In this document: positions 1-7,720 of the stretch, piece by piece
How positions within the stretch are numbered: position 1 is the stretch's first letter
Layout: each line of letters opens with the position of its first letter
Source of the DNA: Octopus sinensis
Taxonomy: Eukaryota
Direction: 5' to 3'
Assembly (NCBI RefSeq): GCF_006345805.1
Contig: NW_021827735.1
Coordinates: 1-9,919 of the forward strand
Length of the DNA: 9,919 nucleotides
Translations under genes and position numbers: made by a program
Notes under the pieces: generated by a model
What the model saw: the letters and a program-made list of their open reading frames with translations, nothing else
Databases searched by the model: none
Told to the model about the DNA's origin: nothing

Positions 1-210
1 ATTTTCCCTCATGCAGATGATGTAGCGCTCACGACGACGTTGGAGAGAATAGAGTTTTAGCTTTTCTAGTCGACCCCAATAGTCGAGGCCTGTCATGCCA
101 TCTATCTTTTTTGTGATTGCCCTTTGAGGTGCTTCAACTTTTATGATACCTTGTATTGTGTGGGGAGACCACAGTGGACAACAGTATTCAAGGTGGGGTC
201 GGGCAAAATA
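1..210 (-). mobile_element. CR1/L2-clade LINE ORF2 C-terminal fragment, running off the window start
   Basis: The minus-strand frame from 210 to 1 is stop-free: YFARPHLEYCCPLWSPHTIQGIIKVEAPQRAITKKIDGMTGLDYWGRLEKLKLYSLQRRRERYIICMREN. This matches the post-RT motif of CR1-clade ORF2 (RPxLEYxxxxWSP...QRxxTKxIxG...YxxRLxxLxLxSLxxRRxR). It has no ATG, so it is absent from the ORF track. Confidence 0.9.
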
Positions 211-436
211 CATATATATATATGTATTTATGTACTTTGTTTATACACACATGCATATATGTATGTATACATTTATTTCTATATATTTGTATGTATATAA
301 ACATATATACATACATACATACATACATACATACATACATACATACATACATACATACACGCATATATATATATTATATGTATTATATATATGTATATAT
401 AAACACATTTTGTATACAATCATATATATGCCAGCA

Positions 437-470
<34 letters not shown>
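211..470. repeat. Compound (TA)n/(ATAC)n microsatellite
   Basis: Perfect (ATAC)13 at 307-358, flanked by degenerate TA/TG/CA dinucleotide tracts. Confidence 0.95.
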
Positions 471-535
471 CGAATTTGCAATCACACAATATTTTGACAC
501 ATTCAATGTCACTTACATAGTCATCGGTCCGAACG

Positions 536-536
<1 letters not shown>

Positions 537-590
<54 letters not shown>
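537..590. repeat. (AC)n microsatellite
   Basis: About 27 AC units with one AT interruption at 561-562. Confidence 0.97.
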
Positions 591-594
<4 letters not shown>

Positions 595-666
595 ATATAT
601 TGTAGCTCCCTATTAAACAATAGATGAGCATACGTACTTGCATGCTAATATCATCTTACTGACAGC

Positions 667-790
667 ATATATGCATATACATATATACCTATACGTATGG
701 TATATGTATGAATATATATATATATATATATATATAATCATACACACGAATATATGTGTGCGTGTGGTGTATATATATATATATATATGT
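667..790. repeat. Compound (TA)n/(TG)n microsatellite
   Basis: Read directly from the sequence. Confidence 0.9.
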
Positions 791-915
791 AATCAGCATT
801 CTGGAAAGAGCAGTATCAATAGTGGTTTCTACTGATGTCAGTCGGTTGAGCAATATTCTGGGGATGCGTCGTGTGTTTTGGTATTGTCTTGGCAATTAGC
901 AGAACACTGCAGTTC

Positions 916-933
916 CTGCTGCTGCTGCTGCTG
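916..933. repeat. (CTG)6 trinucleotide run, followed by a T-rich tract to about 970
   Basis: Six perfect CTG units. Confidence 0.9.
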
Positions 934-1345
934 TATTTATTATTGTTGTTTTTTCTTCTTTTTTTTTTTGTGACCTCAGCTCAGCACTGATTCAGCAAAG
1001 ACTTTCCCGCCGTGACCAGTCTACCGCTTATCGTTTAGTTTTCTCTGTCTGCCCTGTCCAATGCGTCATTTGATTTCAAGACAGACGAATATGAAATTCA
1101 TAAGGCTGCTATTTTCAGGGGGGGGGTGTCTTTTTGACCTCATACATACCCCCTCCCCAAGAACTAATCCAGGATTCTGTTTACATATTTGTTTGTTTGT
1201 TGTTTCTGTTGTTGTTGCTTTATAACCCTTGGTTAGCTTTGTTTCGTTCTTGCTTTGTATATCTCCTCTGCTTTCCTCCAAATATAAATTATCCAGAACT
1301 ACATTAGCCAAATTGTATAACAATTCCTAGGACATTACAATCACT

Positions 1346-1372
1346 TGAGGGAGATCAGACTACTATGTCTAG
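1346..1372 (+). repeat. Short remnant of a dispersed repeat (TGAGGGAGAT motif), with related pieces at 1992-2017 (+) and about 6757-6792 (-)
   Basis: The 10-mer tgagggagat is identical at 1346-1355 and 1999-2008. The reverse complement of about 6757-6792 (gtgtgatttaagagctatttagctgttgtttccag) is loosely similar. It resembles a common octopus repeat from memory only. Confidence 0.35.
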
Positions 1373-1430
1373 CTCTTGTTATCCACTTGTTGCCGCTCTT
1401 GATTTTTTCTTTTTTTTTTTATTTTTCAGT

Positions 1431-1831
1431 GGCGCAGGAGTGGCTGTGTGGTAAGTAGCTTGCTAACCTACCACATGGTTCCGGGTTCAGTCCCACTGCG
1501 TGGCATCTTGGACAAGTGTCTTCTGCTATAGCCCCGGGCCGACCAAGGCCTTGTGAGTGGATTTGGTAGACGGAAACTGAAAGAAGCCTGTCGTATATAT
1601 GTATATATATTATATGTGTGTGTGTTTGTGTGTCTGTGTTTGTCCCCTAGCATTGCTTGACAACCGATGCGGTGTGTTTACGTCCCCGTCACTTAGCGGT
1701 TCGGCAAAAGAGACCGATAGAATAAGTACTGGGCTTACAAAGAATAAGTCCCGGGGTCGATTTGCTCGACTAAAGGCGGTGCTCCAGCATGGCCGCAGTC
1801 AAATGACTGAAACAAGTAAATAGTAAAATAG
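1431..1831 (+). mobile_element. Full-length tRNA-derived SINE, family A, copy A1
   Basis: Pol III A-box-like TGGCTGTGTGG at 1441-1451 and B-box GGTTCAGTCC at 1484-1493. Body, central (TA)/(TG) microsatellite at about 1593-1640, 3' module and AGTAAA-type tail. Aligns along its length with 7867-8243 (+) and 9201-9588 (-). Confidence 0.92.
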
Positions 1832-2088
1832 TGGTGCTAGTGGATTTTATCGTTATTTAACCCCAGACCAACACTGGTCGAGCAGGCTTACGATCAAAGC
1901 ACATTGAAACCAAACCGGTTTCATTTTATTCAGAGAGCATATTTAGAACAGCATTAACCATTGCGTACTTTCCTATTTTATGATGCTAAAATGCGATCTG
2001 AGGGAGATATGCTTATTAATCAAGGTTGATCGCGTGACCGAGTGGAGATATCCATGCTCGCTCGAAGGTTGACTCGTACAAAAATGCC

Positions 2089-2318
2089 TTTTACTTTTCA
2101 CTCTTTACCTTATACTTATTTTAGAGATTAGAATGCGGCCATGCTGGGGCACCACCTTGAAGAATTTTAGCTGCAGTCGGTACTAAATTTTTTATAAGCC
2201 TGCTGTTTATTCTTTTGGGTCCTCTTGCCTAACCGCTAGGTAGCGGGTACATAAGTACACCAACACAAGTTGCCAAGCTGTGGAAGGGGAACAAACACAA
2301 CCACAAAGACACACACGC
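2089..2318 (-). mobile_element. Diverged 3' half of a family A SINE, copy A4
   Basis: tgcggccatgctggggcaccac and the following ~150 nt align with 9234-9410 of copy A3. It stops in the central microsatellite and has no head. Confidence 0.75.
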
Positions 2319-2854
2319 AGCCATCCATCTTTCTTTCCTCCTCTTCCTTCCTAAAAACAAGACGTACTTTTACCTGTCTCTTCTCAAAGCTCGTTTTTCC
2401 AGAGTTCATCACTTCACATCGTCTTGGCTTAACAGCACTCACCGTTTGTTTTTACTGTTTTGTTCTCACTGTCCTGTTTTTGTTACCACTTTCACTCTCC
2501 GCAAAAAAATCCCAAATTTTATTGAATTTGCTTTTCGGGAAGGACTGTTTAACGAAGTCGCGTCTTGTCCCTGCCTTCGTAACGTGGAGTGGATAAAACA
2601 GGGGACAATTAATGAAGGGAATGTTCTTTATGTTGCCTGTCTCGATTCTCTTTGTTTCTTTCGTTCTTCGAAAAAGTTCCTTTTTTTTGTTTTTGTTTTT
2701 TTTTATGACGAGAAACGGAGAAAATTTACCAGTGGAAGTACCAACAAAGGAATTAAAAGTTCAGAGTCATGCAGAACAGAAACAAGACAACCCAGAATTA
2801 CGGAAACCTAAAGACATAGACTCACAGACGAAACACGGAGAGTTGCAGTCAAAC

Positions 2855-2930
2855 GAACACACAGACACACAAATACAAGAACACACAGACACAAATACAC
2901 CAACACACAGACTTAGAGACGGAAATACAA
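2855..2930 (+). repeat. Imperfect 22-30 bp tandem repeat, 3 units
   Basis: gaacacacagacacacaaatacaa (2855-2878), gaacacacagacacaaatacac (2879-2900), caacacacagac...aaatacaa (2901-2930). Confidence 0.7.
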
Positions 2931-3498
2931 GAAGCCATAAAACAGCAGGAAAATAGAAACAAAAAGAGACAACATGAAAAGCAAAGAGGAAAAGAAAAAT
3001 TATAGTGAGATAGGACATTCCAACTTAAAAGGAGTACAAAATTGAAAGACAGTGTGAGAGATAGAAGTGGTAAGACATTATAATTTTGTAAAGACTGTAA
3101 CCGAATGAAATGATTGCTTGAACTTTTTAGGAAAAAAAGATAAGAATAAGTAAATATGAAACCGTTAAATATATAGGTTTCCTTGAGTCTTTTTGAACAC
3201 TGTGATAAACATTTGGTTCTCTTTTAGTTTAAGAAAAAAGGAAAAGAAATAAGTAGTGACTGTATGAACATTGGTTTAAAGGTTTATAATGATAGGGTAA
3301 AAGCGATGAGGGAAGTCGCGGTTTCGCCTCGGAGCGAGGCTAAATGTGGTGTAAGAGTTAATGGTAAAGGAATACAGGGTTTCATCTCGCAGCGGGAATG
3401 TGAATATTCCTTTCACATTCATCCTTCATATGTTTTATGTTCCCGCATGTCTTTGTATGTCCCCTCTGCAATCGGCCTTTTGCTTGTAATAAAGAATC

Positions 3499-3570
3499 AA
3501 GCTAGCAAGCCATGCTACTCCAGACTGATGACGAGTAATTATTCAGAAACTAGTCTCTGATTGCTGGCTT
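3499..3570 (+). ncRNA. Type I hammerhead ribozyme motif (HH1), minimal palindromic helix III
   Basis: Helix I CAGA 3521-3524 pairs with UCUG 3556-3559. Core CUGAUGA 3525-3531. Helix II GAGU/AUUC with an AAUU loop (3533-3544), flanked by C3532 and A3545. GAAA 3546-3549. Helix III ACUAGU 3549-3554 is palindromic. GUC triplet 3553-3555. Distal helix I AAGCUAGCAA 3499-3508 pairs with UUGCUGGCUU 3561-3570 (10 bp, one G-U). Confidence 0.72.
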
Positions 3571-3731
3571 AGTTGGGTATGCTTATCTCCCTGTTTGTAA
3601 ACATAAGGACACAGGAAATGTGTTAAGGCCGACAGGAAGCGGTGCTTACCAGAGCTAAATAGCAGTAGTATTATTCCCTTTCATGGGACTGTCACATTAA
3701 GTTAACAAGATACCACCACTTTATAATGATG

Positions 3732-4166
3732 GACTTCTTTCAGTTTCTGTCCAACAAATCCAACCTATTTCTTTACTACCCACAAGGGGCTAAACACAGA
3801 GAGGACAAACAAGGACAGACAAACGGATTAAGTCGATTAGATCGACTCCAGTACGCAACTGATATTGAATTTATCGACCCCGAAAGGATGAAAGGCAAAG
3901 TCGACCTCGGCGGAATTTGAACTCAGAACGTACCGACAGACGAAATACTGCTAAGGTTTTCGCCCGGCGCGCTAACGTTTCTGCCAGCTCGCCGCCTTTG
4001 TCCAACAAATCCAACCAGAAGGTTTTGTTGTTTTGTTGTTGTTGTTGTATCTTCTACTGTAGCCTCTGCCCGAGGCTACACTAGAAGACACTAGTTCAAG
4101 GTGGGATTGAGCTCGGTACCTTGTGATTGTGAAGCAAGCTTCTTCCAACACAGCCACGCTTGCGCC
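3732..4166 (-). mobile_element. Old, diverged 5' half of a family A SINE (copy A5), interrupted by a family B SINE and a (TTG)n-rich insertion
   Basis: ggacttctttcagtttctgtccaacaaatcc (3731-3761) and gcccgaggctacactagaagacac...cacagccacgcttgcgcc (4068-4166) align with the reverse complement of the A1 head and body. Confidence 0.8.
3766..3998 (-). mobile_element. Full-length tRNA-derived SINE, family B, copy B1, with an 18-bp TSD
   Basis: The minus strand begins GGCGGCGAGCTGGCAGAAACGTTAG (A-box-like) and has a B-box-like GAGTTCAAATTCC; the GGCGG/CCGCC arms close the head. Flanked by identical TGTCCAACAAATCCAACC at 3748-3765 and 3999-4016. Confidence 0.92.
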
Positions 4167-4545
4167 TGAGGATAAAATATTCAGAGAAATCCTTCATCAT
4201 TTTAAACACATAGCAAACCTGGAGTACAATGAATATTCGGTGCCAATGTACTTAATTCGATCATATTGGCAGAGTCTTCTGATGTCAGCTGAAAAAGGTG
4301 CTCCTTATGCCTGTCTTGTAAATATTGTTCCCTTTGCCCGAAAGCAAATATCGTATGTTCCCCAGAGCATGAAATTTTGGAAGATAAGCTTTTCAATAAT
4401 TTAAAATTATGAAATTATAATCATCTTTCCCGTATATAAGAGTGCCTGGTAATTGCCAGTAGGCTTTTGTTATCTACCTCTCGCTGTAAGAGAAATTTCA
4501 CTCGGGAACTTTTGGCGTACCACTTTCACTACATCAGGTCATAAT

Positions 4546-4557
4546 TGTATGTGTGTG

Positions 4558-4598
<41 letters not shown>

Positions 4599-4970
4599 TT
4601 TGATTACATACACGCAATATATGTAGATAGATGGGTATACATAAATGAATTGATAGATATAGATAAGACATTTGTATGCATGCGTGTACATATGTATGTA
4701 TGTATATCTATATGCATATATATGTATATATACAGATATACATACACGCACACATACATATACTTATGTGTATGTACGTACGTATACATATTAATATATA
4801 TATATATATATATACATACATACATACATACATGCATACATACATACATACATACATACATACATACATACATACATACATACATACATACATACATACA
4901 TAATGTACGAATGCATATATGTATGTTTACATGTATATACCTATCAAAATACATAGATACATTTACACAG
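4546..4970. repeat. Large compound (TG)n/(TA)n/(TACA)n microsatellite
   Basis: Includes a near-perfect (TACA)n run at about 4813-4900. Confidence 0.95.
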
Positions 4971-5044
4971 AGAGATTTTGAATGAAAAAAAGTGGACGAA
5001 AGAAAAAGAGAAAGAATGAAAAGAAGAAAGAATGGAATTGTAAA

Positions 5045-5045
5045 A

Positions 5046-5104
<59 letters not shown>
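5045..5104. repeat. (AAAG)15 within a purine-rich tract spanning about 4980-5140
   Basis: 15 perfect AAAG units. Confidence 0.97.
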
Positions 5105-5105
<1 letters not shown>

Positions 5106-5315
5106 AAAGAAGAAAGGAAGGAAAGTAAAAGGAAAGAAGGTTTGCAAAGCTAGTGAGAGAAAGGATGGAGAAGTGTGTTGAGATATTAGCTTCCATGTAA
5201 TGTCGCCACTAGCAAATCCGAAAGATATTTATTGACGTGAGGAATCACGTTAGCCATGTTAATGAGACCGCCTGAAAATATCGGTGCTACATGTTTGGAA
5301 TAATGCACATGTATA

Positions 5316-5428
5316 CTCTCACACGCACCTTGCTCCTCTCACGCACCTCTTACTTCTCTTTCTATCCCTCTCTATCTATCGATCTCTTTCTCTTTTTCTC
5401 ACCCCTCTCTCTCTCGCTTTCTCTCTCG
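5316..5428. repeat. Degenerate (CT)n pyrimidine-rich tract
   Basis: Read directly from the sequence. Confidence 0.8.
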
Positions 5429-5439
5429 TACAGGTAATA

Positions 5440-5750
5440 CATATACGCACACAAATATATATATAGCTGTACATACATGCATATGTATATATGTATGTAT
5501 GTATGTATGTATATGTATGAATGTATATATATGTGTATATATATATATATATATATGCATGTATATGTAAATGTTTGTATATATGCACCTATGTATATAT
5601 ATGCGTATGTGTGTGTGTGTGTGTATCCATACGCACATATATGCATATATATATATATGTATGTATATACATATATGTATAGATATATACATATATATAT
5701 TAAACATATATATGTATGTATATGTGTAAATGTATATATATATATATATT

Positions 5751-5829
<79 letters not shown>

Positions 5830-6012
5830 GTTTGTATGTATGTATGTATATGTATCTATGTATACGTAAATGTATGCATATACATATGCGTGTGTATAGA
5901 TTTATATACATACATATATGTGTGTGTGTCTGTGTGTGTGTATCCATACGTACATATATACATATATACATAAATACACATACATATACATGCATACATT
6001 TACACACATATA
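5440..6012. repeat. Large compound (TA)n/(TG)n/(TGTA)n microsatellite
   Basis: About 570 nt of mostly alternating purine-pyrimidine sequence. Confidence 0.95.
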
Positions 6013-6179
6013 CTCACTTAGTAACACTCAAAAGTTACGTGGCTTAGTGGACGGTGTTTGGCTCACGATTATATGGGCAGAAGTTCGCTTCTTGGAAAAG
6101 AATATGTTTTATAAATCAAAATAAAATACTTTTTGCCTTGGTTTTCAGTCCACTCATTTAGAATTGATACCAGCTGAAT

Positions 6180-6320
6180 GTTAGTTAGTTAAGTTTCAGT
6201 TAATATTTTGGCTCAAAAAGCAAAACGCAAGGCCATGTAGGGGGACATGGAGTTATGTACAGGGTGGTGTTCATGTAAAGAGTTCAGGCCACTTGAGGTC
6301 AAGGGAGACTTTGAACTGAG
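6180..6320 (-). mobile_element. Probable 3' end of a CR1-clade LINE (last codons, 3' UTR, (TAAC)n tail)
   Basis: The minus strand reads QFKVSLDLKWPELFT* (stop at 6273-6271), containing the FKxxLD motif that ends CR1 ORF2. A ~80-nt UTR follows, then aactaactaac, like the short tandem-repeat tails of CR1s. Confidence 0.6.
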
Positions 6321-6354
6321 GATTTTTCTTTTCCTCTACTTGTTACAACATGAT

Positions 6355-6470
6355 TACGGTGGAATTCTGGTTTAAGTACTGCATATAAACCCTCGTACCT
6401 TCTTTTATATTTTTTGGAATATTTAGAGAAGTCTTGCGAATTTGTGTTCTACACGCGGCAATTCATGATC
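6355..6470 (-). repeat. Inverted copy of the unidentified repeat at 7593-7720
   Basis: ggaattctggtttaag...ggaatatttagagaagtcttgcgaattt aligns with the reverse complement of 7628-7720 (ggaatcctggttgaag...ggaattttcagaaaagtcttgcgaattt), roughly 70% identity by eye. Confidence 0.7.
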
Positions 6471-6869
6471 ATGGAAAAATCTTCGTTTTAATATTTCAAA
6501 ACCTTCCTTCCTCCTCACCATAAATCCGAAACTTTCCAATCATTTTCGATTTTTTGTTTATTTTATAAATCAGAGTTTAAAATTACAGGCAATCCGACTT
6601 TTTTGCTTAAATCCCAGCAATGGACCACCTTTGGGCGCATCGTCATTCCATTTAATGTGTTTACTGGGAGAAAAATATTATAAAACATCAACACATGTCA
6701 CGGTGAGACAAAAAAAAACAAGAAACGAGGAAGCTACCAGGTGGTCGTGGGATGCACTGGAAACAACAGCTAAATAGCTCTTAAATCACACACACAATTT
6801 TGTAATATATATAAAATACTTTTAAATATATATGTGTGTCTGTGCGCGCGCGCGTGTAACATATGGTAT

Positions 6870-6914
6870 AATCATAAATTGGACAAATTTTAGCCATTTC
6901 TCCGCAAACTGAAA
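6870..6914 (+). repeat. Direct 45-bp copy of the start of the repeat at 7593
   Basis: 37/45 identical to 7593-7637 without gaps; 7 of the 8 differences are transitions. Confidence 0.8.
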
Positions 6915-7189
6915 AACAAATGATGAACAACTTTAAACGATTTTCTAATTTTATTGAGTTCTCATCAGAGGCGTCTACATCATTCAGACAGTCTCCAGAG
7001 AAACAAGCAACAAAACTGTTTAAATACTCGACAAATGCAGCACTTACACTACGGAGTCCCTAATTTGCATACCGAAAGTGTTTAACACTATAAATACCAG
7101 CGGCTTGTCAACGGGGATATTAGTCCATAGAGTTTCAAGGTATGATGTAATATACATGTAACATATAGTACAATTATAAACAGGGTAGC

Positions 7190-7480
7190 GCTCCACTAAC
7201 CAGCCAGCACACCAATACTAAATGCTACCACACCACTAGCAAGAGACACCACTGCCACTCCACGCTACAACAAGGTACCACTTTACTGTTATTGAGCGTA
7301 TGCTACACCACTATCAATGGTCATTGGCACACAGCCACAACACATCACTACAACCTTTTACCCGAGAAATACTTCAGCACCACTAACACACCACTACCAC
7401 AAATAGTCACTACCTTTAGGTACCAGCACCTGAAACCAACGGCTCTAGACACCATTGCCTTTCACAGCACACTACAGACA
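7190..7480. repeat. Degenerate CAC/ACC/ACT-rich low-complexity tract
   Basis: Recurrent caccact and ccactac words; strongly C/A-biased on the + strand. Confidence 0.6.
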
Positions 7481-7481
7481 C

Positions 7482-7596
7482 CCTTTCATCTTTTCGGGGT
7501 CGATAAATTAAGTACCAGTTACATACTGGGGTCGATCTACTTGACTGGCCCCCTCTCCAAAACTTTTGGGCCTTGTGTCTAGAGTAGAAAAGAATT
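7482..7596 (+). mobile_element. 5'-truncated family B SINE with an alternative 3' tail, copy B2
   Basis: cctttcatcttttcggggtcgataaattaagtaccagttacatactggggtcgatct matches the B1 core. The tail ggccccctctcc...agtagaaaagaa differs from that of B1. Confidence 0.85.
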
Positions 7597-7720
7597 ATGA
7601 ACAGGGCAAATTTTGGCCATTTCTCCGCAGACCGAAATTCGCAAGACTTTTCTGAAAATTCCCCAAAATGTAAAAGTCGTGACAGGTTACATGAAATGCT
7701 TCAACCAGGATTCCGCCCTG
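7593..7720 (+). repeat. Unidentified interspersed repeat segment, possibly a DNA-transposon terminal region
   Basis: Homologous to 6870-6914 (direct) and 6355-6470 (inverted). Confidence 0.65.

Noticed and set aside
143-895. ORFs 143-520, 156-497, 241-588, 638-835 and 689-895
   Set aside because: Y/I/H/T/C/V-rich translations of TA, CA and TACA microsatellites; no coding signal.
1431-1505. tRNA gene call for the SINE heads (also about 3905-3996 and 7867-7930)
   Set aside because: A and B boxes are present, but I could not fold a full cloverleaf and the sequence continues into SINE bodies repeated in the window.
3310-3350. Minus-strand hairpin followed by GAAAC, resembling a hammerhead helix II
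   Set aside because: No CUGANGA upstream (it reads ACAUUUA) and no UH cleavage site or helix I.
3264-3560. 98-aa ORF overlapping HH1
   Set aside because: No recognisable domain; its final codons simply spell the hammerhead core.
4166-4195. CUGAGGA...GAAA on the + strand
   Set aside because: Helices I, II and III cannot be formed.
4123-4404. 93-aa ORF (+) and 64-aa ORF 4202-4396 (-)
   Set aside because: The + ORF starts inside a SINE head; neither shows a motif I recognise or convincing splice signals.
4539-6124. Cluster of long overlapping ORFs, up to 202 aa
   Set aside because: They lie wholly or largely in simple repeats that lack stop codons.
6844-6854. Short (CG)5 run with Z-DNA potential
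   Set aside because: Only 11 nt, at the edge of a TG microsatellite; unremarkable in this context.
6930-6975. Minus-strand CUGAUGAG...GAAA (6968-6942)
   Set aside because: The intervening 16 nt form no helix II and no helix I partner exists; probably chance.
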